A DNA stretch of 64,000 nt from Chloroflexota bacterium (GCA_027623675.1 JAQBVF010000010.1:1-64000), one strand, 5' to 3'. Numbered from the stretch's first letter, positions 19,436-30,106 are shown. Made by a program: numbers and translations. The notes: generated by a model from the letters alone, not told the origin.

Positions 19436-20890
19436 ATGCCAGCTAGAACGGGGCAGCAATACATCGACAACCTATCGGACCATCCGGCCGAAGTCTGGAT
19501 CCGTGGGGAGAAGGTGGACGATGTAACCACCCATCCCGCGTTCCATAACGGGGTGCGCTCCCTGGCATCTCTGTACGACATGCAGCACAACCCCGACACC
19601 AGGGACGAAATGACCTTTAAGTCGCCGTCATCGGGCGACCCGGTCGGGCTGTCTTTCATCATCCCCAAGACCATCGAGGACCTGGAACGGCGGCGGCGGA
19701 TGATGACCCACTGGGCGTGGCAGAGCTGCGGCATGATGGCCCGCACCCCCGATTTCCTGAATAATGCGGTGTCGGGATGGGCCGGATCGTCGGAGTACTT
19801 CACCGCCAACCGTCCCGAGTTCAAGGACAACGTCCTCCGCTACCACGAATACATCCGCGAGAACGACCTGACCCTGACACACACGCTGGTCAACCTGCAA
19901 CGCACTCGCAACACCACCGTGTTCGACCGGATCGAAGACGAGGTCGCGCTGACCGTGGTGAAGGAGACCGACGCGGGGATCGTGGTGCGGGGCAGCCGGA
20001 TCCTGGCCACCCTGGGTCCGATATCAGACGAGATCGCGGTGTACCCCACCCGGACCCATCTGCTGGGGGATGAAGCCCGGCGGCAGGCTTTCTCCTTCGC
20101 TCTGCCCTGCGCCACTCCCGGAATGAGGTTCATCTGCCGTGAAAGCCTGGACCTGGGACGGTCCAACTTCGACCACCCCCTGGGTTCGCGGTTCGAGGAG
20201 ATGGACGCCCTGGTCTTCTTCGATGACGTATTCGTGCCCTGGGAGCGCGTGTTCCTGATCGGCGACGTGGACATGTGCAACAACTACTCCAACGCGACCC
20301 AGTCCACCGCCCACACCGGCCACCAGGTGGTGAACCGCACGGTGGTGAAGACCGAGTTCCTGCTGGGCCTGACCTCGTTGATGGCCGAGACGCTGGGCTC
20401 GACACAGGTGCCCCACGTACAGGAGCGCATCGGCGAGATCGTGGTCTATTTGGAGACCATCAAAGCCTGCGTGCGGGCCTCCGAGGCCGACGCCAAGCCC
20501 AACCAATGGGGCGTGATGTGCCCCGCGGCCGGACCGCTGAGCGCCGCCCGAAGCCTGTTCGCCAGCACCATGTACGCGCGGATGGCGGAGATCGTGCAGC
20601 TACTCGGCTCCAGCAGCCTGATGGCCCTGCCGGCCGAAGCCGACTTCGACACCGCCGTCGCGCCGGAGTTGGAGCGCTACCTGTCCACCGTCACCGCTGA
20701 AGCTCGGGACCGGGTGCGGCTGTTCCACCTGGCTTGGGACGTGGCCTGCAGCGCGTTCGGAGGCCGGCAGGTGCTCTACGAGCGCTTCTTCGGCGGCGAC
20801 CCGGTCCGGAACGTGATGCTTATGTACCAAGGCTACGACAAACGGAACGCCATGGACCGGGTGCAGCGGTTCTTGGAGCGCGAGGGGTAG
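19436..20890 (+). CDS. hpaB: 4-hydroxyphenylacetate 3-monooxygenase, oxygenase component
   Basis: RTGQQYI, GMMARTPDFLN, DHPLGSRFEEMDA, GGRQVLYERFF. Confidence 0.9.
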   Translation: MPARTGQQYIDNLSDHPAEVWIRGEKVDDVTTHPAFHNGVRSLASLYDMQHNPDTRDEMTFKSPSSGDPVGLSFIIPKTIEDLERRRRMMTHWAWQSCGMMARTPDFLNNAVSGWAGSSEYFTANRPEFKDNVLRYHEYIRENDLTLTHTLVNLQRTRNTTVFDRIEDEVALTVVKETDAGIVVRGSRILATLGPISDEIAVYPTRTHLLGDEARRQAFSFALPCATPGMRFICRESLDLGRSNFDHPLGSRFEEMDALVFFDDVFVPWERVFLIGDVDMCNNYSNATQSTAHTGHQVVNRTVVKTEFLLGLTSLMAETLGSTQVPHVQERIGEIVVYLETIKACVRASEADAKPNQWGVMCPAAGPLSAARSLFASTMYARMAEIVQLLGSSSLMALPAEADFDTAVAPELERYLSTVTAEARDRVRLFHLAWDVACSAFGGRQVLYERFFGGDPVRNVMLMYQGYDKRNAMDRVQRFLEREG

Positions 20891-21091
20891 GCTTTACCTG
20901 ATGCGAGGTGATACGCCGAGTTAGGCTGCCGCTTTTCCCCTTGGCTTTTGACCGGCGCGCGGGTATAGTATTCGGTAAGCCAATTATCACTATCGCGCTT
21001 CGGACCAAAGACTGGACTGAGGCGCGGAACCCGGTTAGAATGCCGGAAATCACGGGACCCGAACCAAGGGAAGAGATTTAGGAGGACTGTT

Positions 21092-21547
21092 ATGCCAAAG
21101 CCCACAAGGATCGGCCACCTGGTAATCAATGCCAAGGACCTTGCCGCGGCCACCAAGTTCTACACCGATGTCATCGGCTTCGAGATTGCCCTGGAACGCC
21201 CCGGATTCGGCACTTTCTTGACCGCCGGCGAGATGCACCATGACCTGGCCATCTTCCAAGCCCCGGAGGGCGCGGCCGACACCCATGACGGCGACGTGGG
21301 CCTGAACCACATGGCCATCCAGGTCGAGGACTTTGAGGAGCTGACCGAATACTGGCACAAGCTCCAGGACCATTTCGACACCGCCGAGATCCGGACGACC
21401 GACCACGGCATGACCCGCAGTATCTACATCAAGGACCCGGAAGGCAACGGCATCGAGCTGTATTGCAACTCCCAGGAGAACCCCGAGGATGGCCTGGCTC
21501 TGATGCGCAGCCCGGAGCGCAAGAACACCGAGTTGGTCTTCGACTAG
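21092..21547 (+). CDS. VOC/glyoxalase family protein
   Basis: IGHLVI, HHDLAIF, GLNHMA, SIYIKDPEGNGIEL. Confidence 0.9.
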   Translation: MPKPTRIGHLVINAKDLAAATKFYTDVIGFEIALERPGFGTFLTAGEMHHDLAIFQAPEGAADTHDGDVGLNHMAIQVEDFEELTEYWHKLQDHFDTAEIRTTDHGMTRSIYIKDPEGNGIELYCNSQENPEDGLALMRSPERKNTELVFD

Positions 21548-21736
21548 ACCCGGACCATCAACTTCGAACCTGGCAGGCCCGTTCCCGAACGGGTACGCTA
21601 GCAACTGATGTTAGAGGGGGAGTACGCTCCCTCTCTAACTATTTTAGGCCCCTTCGGTAATTTCCACCGGACCGTACACAGAACCGTAACCCGGCCCGCC
21701 GCATGCCCAAACCCCAAAGGACTCCCAAGAATCTCA

Positions 21737-22513
21737 ATGGTCAACAGCTTAGCGAATAACGGGCGCCCCCCGATCCTGGCGGCCACCCTCGACCTGGACG
21801 GAACGATCATCGGCGCCAACGAACTGATCTCCCCTGCGGTGTATGACGCGATAATCCGGTTGGCTGTAAGGGTGCCGGTTTTCATCTCAACCGGCCGGGA
21901 GCCGGCCGATGTGCTGCGGTATTCCAAGGAGTTAGGCCTGACCACGCCCCAGGTGTCTGACGGCGGCGCCAACATCCTGGACCCGGTGCGTGAGGTGTCG
22001 GTGTGGACGGCTCCCCTGGGGCCGGTCAACGCCAAGATGGTGGTCACCAAGATCAGGGAGATTGGCGTGGCCTTCGTCGCCACCCACGCCAACGGCACCG
22101 CCAGCACCTTCGACGATGTGCCTGGTTGGGACCTGATCCGGGTGTCGGCCTTGGACATGGACGAGGGCACCGCCGACAGCCTGGCCCGGGATTTCCAGGG
22201 CAACGCAAACATGTACGTAACCAAGGCGCTGCTGCCTTACAACGGGCTGTGGGCCGTGGATTTCACCCTGGCGGGGGTGGACAAAGCGACCGGGGTGGCG
22301 CGGGTGGGGAAGACCCTGGGCGTGGACCCGGCGAACATGGTGGCGGCCGGGGACAGCTACAACGACCTGCCCATGTTGCGGGTCTGCGGGTTCACCATCG
22401 CCATGGGTAACGCGCCGGACGAGGTCAAGGCCATCGCCGATTTCGTGGCGCCCAGCGCCGAGGAAGACGGGCTGGCCGTGGCCATCAACGACTACATCCT
22501 GCCACTGCTTTAA
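21737..22513 (+). CDS. HAD-superfamily hydrolase, Cof-type (IIB)
   Basis: DLDGT, STGR, VDKATG, GDSYNDLPML, AMGNA. Confidence 0.88.
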   Translation: MVNSLANNGRPPILAATLDLDGTIIGANELISPAVYDAIIRLAVRVPVFISTGREPADVLRYSKELGLTTPQVSDGGANILDPVREVSVWTAPLGPVNAKMVVTKIREIGVAFVATHANGTASTFDDVPGWDLIRVSALDMDEGTADSLARDFQGNANMYVTKALLPYNGLWAVDFTLAGVDKATGVARVGKTLGVDPANMVAAGDSYNDLPMLRVCGFTIAMGNAPDEVKAIADFVAPSAEEDGLAVAINDYILPLL

Positions 22514-22557
22514 GCCAGCCCGTTAGTTCCCACCCGTTATTATCTTGCCCGGACCTA

Positions 22558-23640
22558 TCAGCGAAGGGCCGGCACGACCTCTTTGCAGAAGAGTCTGATC
22601 GACTCAGTCACTTTCTCTCTCGGAATCAGGCCACCCACGTTGGTCTCGGCCACGATGCCGGAGAGACCCAGTTCCTCTGAGATCTCCTTCAACTGGGTGG
22701 CCACGCCTTCCGGGTCGCCGTAGGCCAAGCGGTCGCGGATCAATTGTTCATAGGTGACGGCTGACAGTGCCTGGCCACGCGCCGCACGGTCCTCGGAGAC
22801 AACCGCACCCGCGGCGGAAGCCGAAGCGGCGAAGTTCTGGGCCATCCGCCGGTACGAACGCATCGCGCTTTCTTCGGCGTCGGCGTAGGCCTCTTGCTGG
22901 GACGCGCCCACGTAGATGGGTATACGCAGGAAAACGTCGCCATTGCCGGCGTGCCCGGCGTCTTTCCAGGCCTTGCGGTACTCATTGAGCAGCTTGACCA
23001 GGTCGGGCCGGTCCAGACCTCTTAGCCCCACGAATATGGGGTAACCCAATCTCCCCACCTGGGGGAAAGTCTCCTTGGTGGTGGCCGCCATCCGCAACGG
23101 CGGATGCGGCTGCTGGTAGGGCTTGGGAATCACGCACACTTCGTTAAAATTGTAATTCTTGCCCTGGTAGGAGAACCGTTCATTGGTCCAGGCCGCGAGG
23201 ATGATATCCAGGTTCTCCTGGAATCTCTCCCTGCTTTCGGCGTAGGGAATGTCATACCCTTCGTAGGCCCTCATGAACCCGCTGCGGCCCACCCCGAAAT
23301 CGACCCGGCCGTGACTGATCTGGTCCAGGGTGGCGATCTCCTCGGCCATGCGCACTGGATGGCTGAGGGGCAGTACATTCACCGCCACGCCGACGCGCAG
23401 ACGCTCGGTCCGGGCGACGATGGCGGTCGAGATTATCAGGGGAGACGACACCACCGATGGGATGCCTCCTCCCATGGGATCAAGGGGGTCCTTGGGCGCG
23501 GCGAAGTGCCGCTCGGCTAGCCAGACTCCATCCAGGCCGCCGTTCTCAGCAGCCTCCGCCATGGCGAAAGCTTCGTCAAAGGCTTCCTCCTGTGAGTGGC
23601 CGTAGCGGTAGTCGCATTCCATCACAAGACCGTAGTGCAT
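22558..23640 (-). CDS. LLM-class flavin-dependent oxidoreductase
   Basis: WLAERHF, HPVRMAEEIATLD, PKPYQQPHPP. Confidence 0.92.
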   Translation of the reverse strand: MHYGLVMECDYRYGHSQEEAFDEAFAMAEAAENGGLDGVWLAERHFAAPKDPLDPMGGGIPSVVSSPLIISTAIVARTERLRVGVAVNVLPLSHPVRMAEEIATLDQISHGRVDFGVGRSGFMRAYEGYDIPYAESRERFQENLDIILAAWTNERFSYQGKNYNFNEVCVIPKPYQQPHPPLRMAATTKETFPQVGRLGYPIFVGLRGLDRPDLVKLLNEYRKAWKDAGHAGNGDVFLRIPIYVGASQQEAYADAEESAMRSYRRMAQNFAASASAAGAVVSEDRAARGQALSAVTYEQLIRDRLAYGDPEGVATQLKEISEELGLSGIVAETNVGGLIPREKVTESIRLFCKEVVPALR

Positions 23641-23783
23641 CGTTCCTCCTGTGGTTTGCCGGGCCGTGCCACCGGTGTTTAGCCTCGGGCTATCGCGGCG
23701 CGGCTCTGCTCATGGTTTATTTCGTGCCGGGTGATGTCTCCGGATCATTTGCCGGGGCAATTTGTCGGGGTAATCTGTCCGGG

Positions 23784-24755
23784 CTAGCCCCAGAGCGCCG
23801 CCACCCGGTAGGCCAGTTGGGTGTGCGATTCTCTAACGTCGATTATCTCCGCCGGAACGTCGCCCAAGATTCCCAGGGCGATGATCCAGTTAAGTATCTC
23901 ATGGTCGCCCGAGTCCTGTAGCTCCTCGGGGGTGAGGCTGGCCAGCCGGCTGCCATTGCCCTCGCGGACCCACTCCAGATAGCGGCGGTCCGTGTCCAGG
24001 TCGATGGCCGAGCAGCCCAATCTGTGGGCCAGAAAGCTGTGGGACCAACTCGATGACGCCACCACGGCTACGCGCTCGTCCCTGGTATCCAGGAAGCGGC
24101 GTATCGATTGGCCGACCTGGTAGCAGCGTCGGGCGGTTGGCCGGGGCGGGTAGTCTGGCCCGGCTTCCTCACCGTAGCAGTTCACGAACAGGGGCAGCAG
24201 GGGGAACTCGCCCTCCGGGTCCAGGTAGACCAGGGGATTGATGATGGCGTGCGCCAGGCCCCAGTCCCAGCCCTTCAAAGCGCTGGAAGACGCCATGTCC
24301 ACACCGTCGCGTATCAGGAAATTACGCATATCCCTGGAGAAGTCCTGGGGGCATTGAAAGCTGAATCTGGTCTCCGCGGGGGCCTCCCAATTGTTGCCTG
24401 GGCCGCCTGAATTGCGGAAGGGAAATCCGTCGACCTCGCTGCCGGTGTAGAGACAGAAGGGAGGCAGGTTATCTTGCTGAAAGTTCTCGGCCTGGTCGTC
24501 GCCGATGACCATGAGAACGTCGGGCTTGAAAGCGTGCAGGCGGTCACGGAGCGCGGCGAAAGCCTCCACCACCTTCCGCTGGTCCATCCGGTCCTGGGAC
24601 AGACCGTTGTCGTCGGCCAGTTCCGCGACCAATTGGGGCGGCGCCTGGAAGTTGGGATTGCGGCCGAAGATGCGTTCACGGCTCTTGTGCCAGGTCTCGG
24701 GCGGCGTCAGAATGATCGGTCCGTGAGAACAACCCAGTCCCAGTAACTCTGCCAT
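23784..24755 (-). CDS. LigB-like (class III) extradiol ring-cleavage dioxygenase family protein
   Basis: MAELLGLGCSHGP, IGDDQAENF, SSSWSH, GDHEILNW. Confidence 0.8.
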   Translation of the reverse strand: MAELLGLGCSHGPIILTPPETWHKSRERIFGRNPNFQAPPQLVAELADDNGLSQDRMDQRKVVEAFAALRDRLHAFKPDVLMVIGDDQAENFQQDNLPPFCLYTGSEVDGFPFRNSGGPGNNWEAPAETRFSFQCPQDFSRDMRNFLIRDGVDMASSSALKGWDWGLAHAIINPLVYLDPEGEFPLLPLFVNCYGEEAGPDYPPRPTARRCYQVGQSIRRFLDTRDERVAVVASSSWSHSFLAHRLGCSAIDLDTDRRYLEWVREGNGSRLASLTPEELQDSGDHEILNWIIALGILGDVPAEIIDVRESHTQLAYRVAALWG

Positions 24756-25035
24756 CTTGGCCTCCAGGAATAGCCTGAGTCCCAACGCATCACCCATCTG
24801 GTTATTTTCCCTTTAGATGGGCGTGGCCACGAGCCGGATTGTAGATGCACCCCCGTGGGCTGTCAAACCGCCGAATCGCCCCGAAATATGGTGGGAACCG
24901 GCCATGGACCGGCTGATCCCGCCGACTGACGAACGGCGGGATCGGTTTGTCGCAATTGACTGGGCCAAGACGCCAAACGTACACTTCTAGGCGTTCGTAT
25001 ACCGAGGATCGGGCGGATATTCGGCAAGAGGGAGC

Positions 25036-26673
25036 GTGTCAATCATGGCGTCAGGAAGGCTGTCACGGCAGGTCGTCTACGGCAAGAACGGCATGGTGTG
25101 CACCAACTCGCCCCTGTCAGCCACCGCCGGTCTCAAGGCGCTCCAAGAGGGCGGCAACGCCTTCGACGCGGCCCTGGCCGTGGCTGCCACCGAGACCGTG
25201 ACCATGGTTCCCATGTGCGGCATCGGCGGCGACTCGTTCATCCTGGCCTACGAAGCGCAGAACTGCCAGGTCACCGGCATCAGCAGCGCCGGAGTGGCCG
25301 GGTCCGGGGCCAGCGCCGACTACTACCGCAGGCAGGGCCTGACCAAAATGCCCCTGGAAGGCCCCCATTCGGTGGGCGTTCCGGGCGAGGTTGCCGCCTG
25401 GGAGGAGTTCCATCGGCGCTTCTGCAGCAAGCCATTCGAAGGGTTGCTGGAAACGGCCATCGGGTACTCCGAAGAAGGGTTCCCCGTGCCGCCCAAGATC
25501 GCTCAGAGCTTCAAAAGCACCGCACAGCGGCTGGCGGGCTTCCCTTCCACCGCCGAGGTTCTGCTGGCCGGGGGGCGCACCCCCGGAGAGGGCGACCTGC
25601 TGGCCAACCCCGACCTGGCCCAGTCGCTACGGCGCATCGCTTCGGGGGGAGCGGAGGAGTTCTACAAGGGCGACCTAGCCCGCAGGATGGTCAAGGCGCT
25701 GAACGACGCGGGCGGGCTATTCACCGCCCAGGATTTCGCCAACCATGAGGTGGACGTCTACGACCCCATCGGCACGACCTACCGGGGCGAGACGGTCTAC
25801 CAGACCCGGCCCCCATCCCAGGGTTTCGTCCACCTGGAGATGCTGAACCTGATCGAGGGGTTCGATCTGTCCCATCTAAGTTCGGACGACCCGGAAGCCA
25901 TCCATCTGATGGTGGAGGCCAAGAAGATCGCCTACGACGACCGCAACCGGCTGGCCGCCGACCCCCGGGTGCTGGAATGGCCCCTGGAAGAAGTGATCTC
26001 CAAGGCGTACGCTGACCGGCGGCGCACCGAGATACGCCCCGACCGGGTCGGCGGCGAGAGCCCCACCCTGGATGGGGCCAAGAGCGACGGCAATACGACC
26101 TATTTCTGCGTGGCCGATGGCGCGGGCAACGCCGTTTCGTGGGTGCACAGCCTGTCCCACGGCTTCGGCTCACGGTTCATGGCCAAAGGCACCGGAGTGC
26201 TGTTCAACAACCGCGCCGGACGGGGGTTCAGCCTGGAGGCCGGCCATCCCAACGAGTTTGCCCCCAACAAGCGCACCATGCACACCCTGAATTGCTACCT
26301 GACCCTGCGCGGCGGCAAGGCCCACATCGTGGGCGGCACCCCCGGCGGCGATTTCCAGCCCCAGTCAGGCACGCAGATCATCACCAATCTGCTGGACTTC
26401 GGCATGGGGCCGCAGGAGTCGGTGGACGCGCCCCGCTGGTGGAGCTACCCCGGTACCGACCCCGCCACCATCGAGACGGAGATGGAACTGCGGGTGGAGC
26501 CGGAGATGCCGGAAGAAACGGTTGCCGGTCTCCGGAAACTGGGCCACAAGGTCGTCCGCCGGAATGCCGGGGTCTACGACGGCAAGGTCCAGTTGATCGT
26601 GATCGACCAGGAACGGCAGGTGTTGCTGGGCGCCGCCGACCCCCGGGGAGACGGCCTAGCCGCCGCCTTTTAA
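25036..26673 (+). CDS. ggt: Gamma-glutamyltransferase family protein
   Basis: GGNAFDAA, GIGGD, NTTYFCVAD (Thr nucleophile), GTPGGD. Confidence 0.92.
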   Translation: MSIMASGRLSRQVVYGKNGMVCTNSPLSATAGLKALQEGGNAFDAALAVAATETVTMVPMCGIGGDSFILAYEAQNCQVTGISSAGVAGSGASADYYRRQGLTKMPLEGPHSVGVPGEVAAWEEFHRRFCSKPFEGLLETAIGYSEEGFPVPPKIAQSFKSTAQRLAGFPSTAEVLLAGGRTPGEGDLLANPDLAQSLRRIASGGAEEFYKGDLARRMVKALNDAGGLFTAQDFANHEVDVYDPIGTTYRGETVYQTRPPSQGFVHLEMLNLIEGFDLSHLSSDDPEAIHLMVEAKKIAYDDRNRLAADPRVLEWPLEEVISKAYADRRRTEIRPDRVGGESPTLDGAKSDGNTTYFCVADGAGNAVSWVHSLSHGFGSRFMAKGTGVLFNNRAGRGFSLEAGHPNEFAPNKRTMHTLNCYLTLRGGKAHIVGGTPGGDFQPQSGTQIITNLLDFGMGPQESVDAPRWWSYPGTDPATIETEMELRVEPEMPEETVAGLRKLGHKVVRRNAGVYDGKVQLIVIDQERQVLLGAADPRGDGLAAAF

Positions 26674-26815
26674 CCAGCCGGCGCAGCCGGGTTTCCCTGC
26701 CAGCCGGCTCAGCCGGAATTCCCTGTTAACGTCAACTACCAGGATCCGGGTCGACCGTCCGATCCAGGCTCCCGAATACGTTTGATAACCGATCCGATAG
26801 AGTATCGAGGAAGGA

Positions 26816-27682
26816 ATGATGCCCGGACTTCGCCTTTTGGCCTGCTTTGCCCACCCTGACGACGAGGCATTTCCAGTTGGGGGCATCCTGGCCCGCAACG
26901 TAGCCGAGGGAAAACAGGTGCGTCTGGTGACCACTACCCTGGGCGAAGAGGGGGAGATCCGGCAGGAGGGTTCGGCCACAAAGGAGACCCTGGGGGAGAT
27001 CCGCCGCATCGAGCTTTCCTGCGCCGTCCGGGCGCTCAGTTTGGACAGCAACACGGTGTTCGGGTACCGCGACTCGGGCATGGCCGGCTGGGAGGCCAAC
27101 AACCACCCCAAGGCTTACGTCCAAGCGCCGGAGGATGAGGTGATGGAACGGCTGGTGCGGGAGATACGCCAGTTCCGGCCCCAGGTGATGCTGACCTTCG
27201 AGCCGGGCGGACTCTACGGCCACCCCGACCATATCGCCATCAGCAAACACGCCACCAAAGCCTTCGACCTGGCCTCTGACCCGGCGGCGTTCCCCGGCCA
27301 GTTGGCCGATGAAGGACTGCAGCCCCACACCCCCCAGCGGCTCTTCTACAGCGCCCGGCCCAAGGGGTTCCGTTTGGAGTGGGCCAAGCGGCTCCAGGCC
27401 GCCGGCATCGATTGGCCGACGCCAGACCCGGAGCAGTTGACCCACGGCAACCCGCCGGAGGACATCCACCTGAACCTGGACGTGTCGGACCAATTGGAGG
27501 CCAAGATGGCGTGTATCCTCTGTCACCGGACGCAGGTGGCCCCGAGTTGGCCCTACCACCGGGTGCCCAGGGACGTGACCGAGTGGGTGATCGGCCGCGA
27601 ATACTACATCCGCGCCAGACCTGATGTGGCCGCCGGAGAGTCCGTCCCTGAAGACTTCTTCGATGGCATCGAAGCAGACTAG
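26816..27682 (+). CDS. PIG-L family deacetylase (MshB/Mca-like)
   Basis: AHPDDE, GEEGE, YRDSGM, YGHPDH, HRTQ. Confidence 0.9.
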   Translation: MMPGLRLLACFAHPDDEAFPVGGILARNVAEGKQVRLVTTTLGEEGEIRQEGSATKETLGEIRRIELSCAVRALSLDSNTVFGYRDSGMAGWEANNHPKAYVQAPEDEVMERLVREIRQFRPQVMLTFEPGGLYGHPDHIAISKHATKAFDLASDPAAFPGQLADEGLQPHTPQRLFYSARPKGFRLEWAKRLQAAGIDWPTPDPEQLTHGNPPEDIHLNLDVSDQLEAKMACILCHRTQVAPSWPYHRVPRDVTEWVIGREYYIRARPDVAAGESVPEDFFDGIEAD

Positions 27683-27695
27683 CCGCCGGCTTCGC

Positions 27696-28088
27696 CTATT
27701 CCGTGGGGCGCTGGATCAGCTCCACCGACACTTCGTCGGGGGCTACCACGAAAGCGACCATCGAGCCTGAGGGCATGGTCCAGGGCTCGCAGTTGAACTT
27801 AACGTTGTTGCTCTTCAAGCGTTGGGCCAACCCCATCAGGTCGTCGGTCTCGAACCCGAAGTGGTCCAACCCGAAACGCGGCTCGGTGGTCCCGGCGATG
27901 GGGTCCTCACCCTCGGCCTGTCCGGAGATGGTCATCATGTGTTCGCCGTTCAGCTCCAGCTGGATGGATTTGGTGGTTGAGAGCGGGCGTTCAGAAGTGA
28001 TCGCCGCGCCAAAGTTATCGCAGTACCACTTGGCGGCTGCGTCGGGGTCCTGGCTGCGGAAATGAAGGTGATTCAAGGCGATCTTCAC
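27696..28088 (-). CDS. VOC family protein
   Basis: LNHLH, GLDHFGF, APDEVSVELI. Confidence 0.88.
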   Translation of the reverse strand: MKIALNHLHFRSQDPDAAAKWYCDNFGAAITSERPLSTTKSIQLELNGEHMMTISGQAEGEDPIAGTTEPRFGLDHFGFETDDLMGLAQRLKSNNVKFNCEPWTMPSGSMVAFVVAPDEVSVELIQRPTE

Positions 28089-28294
28089 GGCGGAACTCCT
28101 TAAGAAAAGCTGAGACAGTAATGCTTGGGTTTGCGCCGGCCCCGGGTCGAGAGATCAGTCAAGCGATCAACCGTTGGCCGGACCGAGGCCCTAGTGTACC
28201 GCACAAAACGCCACCGGTGAAGTTGGCACGCATCCGGACCGAATCCGGCCCTCCCAGGTTGCGCGGTCTCCTGGTAGCCCGGAGCGAGACCCGG

Positions 28295-28726
28295 CTAGCC
28301 CGGTTCCCTTGCGGACGCGTCCAGCCAATCGACCACCGGGCGGCAGCCCCAGTATTCTCCGGGGATCGGGTCCGGCGAGATCAAAGGCACGCCCCCGGCG
28401 CTGTGGCAGGCCTCCACGCCGTCGACAAACCGGTACAACAAGAACACCATACCCACGTCCGGGCAGGTGTCCCAGCAGATGAATTGTTCGCTCAGAAACT
28501 TGCCGTTCCTCATATCGACACCGATCGCGACCGGGTAATCGCCGGGGTCGAAAGACTCGGTCCCGACGGTCAGGTTGACCTGATGCAACCGGGCCAACTC
28601 CGCCTGCATATCAGAAGGGGACATTACGGGATCGTTGATGGTCTTGAAGTCAGGGCGGGTACATCCAAGCAGAACGATCGTTAAGACGAACGCCGCGCCA
28701 AGGAGCGGGAACAGCGGCTTTTTCAG
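28295..28726 (-). CDS. Putative lipoprotein, probable CTG start
   Basis: Frame of ORF 28295..28624 extends 34 codons: LKKPLFPLLGAAFVLTIVLLGC (signal + lipobox), bounded by in-frame TGA; 4 Cys in mature part. Confidence 0.6.
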   Translation of the reverse strand: MKKPLFPLLGAAFVLTIVLLGCTRPDFKTINDPVMSPSDMQAELARLHQVNLTVGTESFDPGDYPVAIGVDMRNGKFLSEQFICWDTCPDVGMVFLLYRFVDGVEACHSAGGVPLISPDPIPGEYWGCRPVVDWLDASAREPG

Positions 28727-29009
28727 ATCCTCTCACCCGGGAACCGCCTCAGTGGAGGCTCTTTCCCTACCCCTATGCTCCACGTATCAGGCCTTAATCT
28801 CAACCGGTCTCAATGATGGACTCGATCCGGGCTCCCTCGCCGACGCCCAGCCGGTCTGGCTGGGCATCAGGGAGCGCCGGTCCGCAAACCAAGGCCCAGA
28901 AACATGAGCCATCCCAGAGTTCCATCATGGGCAGCACGCTACCGGGCCGATGCCGTCATCTCGGCGAAAGCGGAAATGACGGTGGTGCAGAGCAACCACA
29001 CTAGCTAGC

Positions 29010-29172
29010 TGTCATTCTGATTCTTCCGCAGAAGGAGAAGAATCTCTTTGCTTGACTTCAAGGTTGCTAGCGTTCCGCGGGACCGGCAGTTGGTCTCCGT
29101 TCAGCAACGAGATTCCTCTCTTCGCTCGGAATGACCAAGGCGGCCGGAATGACCAAGGCGGCCGGAATGACA
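29010..29172. repeat. REP/MITE-like inverted repeat with triplicated right end
   Basis: TGTCATTCTGA...GAAGAATCTCT and GAGATTC...TCGGAATGAC ends; 18-bp CGGAATGACCAAGGCGGC x2.5; related TGTCACCCTGAG...GAAGGGTCT on minus strand near 13735-13775. Confidence 0.6.
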
Positions 29173-29245
29173 AAGCTTGCGGCATCCAACCAGCAAACTC
29201 AGGGATGACTCATGTTTAGTCCATGTTAGACCGGCCCGTGCCGGA

Positions 29246-30106
29246 TCAGCTGAGGAATTCCGTCGTCCACTTGGCGTAGTCGGCCTTGCGGGTGAACTGG
29301 TCGATCTGCTCCGTGGTGGCCAATCGGGGACGCAGGTCGGCGGGAGCCACGCCGTCGCGCAGGGCCTTCAAGGTGTCGTAGGTTGCCTTGATGGCGGCCG
29401 CGAAGGGCAGATGCCCCTGTAGCGCAACCCGCACTCCCACCGAGCCCAGGTATTCCTTGTCGGCCAATTCGCCGGTGGTGCCGCCCAGGAGCAGGGGGAT
29501 GTTCATCTCCGCGCTGACAGCCTCGACCTCGGCCTTGGTGGAGGCCCCGGCCAGGAAGACGGCGTCGACACCGGCCGCCTCGTAGGCCTTGACCCGGGCG
29601 ATGGTGTCGGCCAGGTCGGTGATGCGCAGCGAGCTGGTCCGTCCGGCCACCACCATGTTGGGGTCGCGCCGGGCGGCGAGTGCGGCCTTCATCTTGCCCA
29701 CACCCTCGTCGATGGGCAGTACGGCGTCCGCGCCGCCGCCGAAGGTCCGGGGCAGCACGGTGTCCTCGATGGTCAGCGCCGCGACACCGGCGGTCTCCAG
29801 TTCCTCGACCGTCCGCATCACGTTCAGGGCGTTGCCATAACCATGGTCGGCATCCACCATCAGACTGAGATCGCCGGCGCGGCAGATGCGGTGGATCTGC
29901 TGGGCGAACTCGGTCAGGGTCAGAACGATCAGGTCCGGGGCGCCCAGCACGGTCCCGGAGGCGATGGATCCGGCGAACATGCCGACCTCGAATCCCAGGT
30001 CCTCGGCGATCCGCGCCGATATGGGGTCGAACACCGAACCGGGGTAAACGCACTTGTCTCCGGCCAGTATCCCCCGGTATCTCTCTCTTCTCGTGGTAAA
30101 ATCCAT
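29246..30106 (-). CDS. Isocitrate lyase/PEP mutase family protein (oxaloacetate decarboxylase-like)
   Basis: SVFDPISARIA, VDADHGYGNALNV, TIEDT. Confidence 0.88.
   Translation of the reverse strand: MDFTTRRERYRGILAGDKCVYPGSVFDPISARIAEDLGFEVGMFAGSIASGTVLGAPDLIVLTLTEFAQQIHRICRAGDLSLMVDADHGYGNALNVMRTVEELETAGVAALTIEDTVLPRTFGGGADAVLPIDEGVGKMKAALAARRDPNMVVAGRTSSLRITDLADTIARVKAYEAAGVDAVFLAGASTKAEVEAVSAEMNIPLLLGGTTGELADKEYLGSVGVRVALQGHLPFAAAIKATYDTLKALRDGVAPADLRPRLATTEQIDQFTRKADYAKWTTEFLS

Noticed and set aside
29127..29172. 18-bp repeats as a mini-CRISPR
   Set aside because: Head-to-tail duplication of a REP end with no spacers
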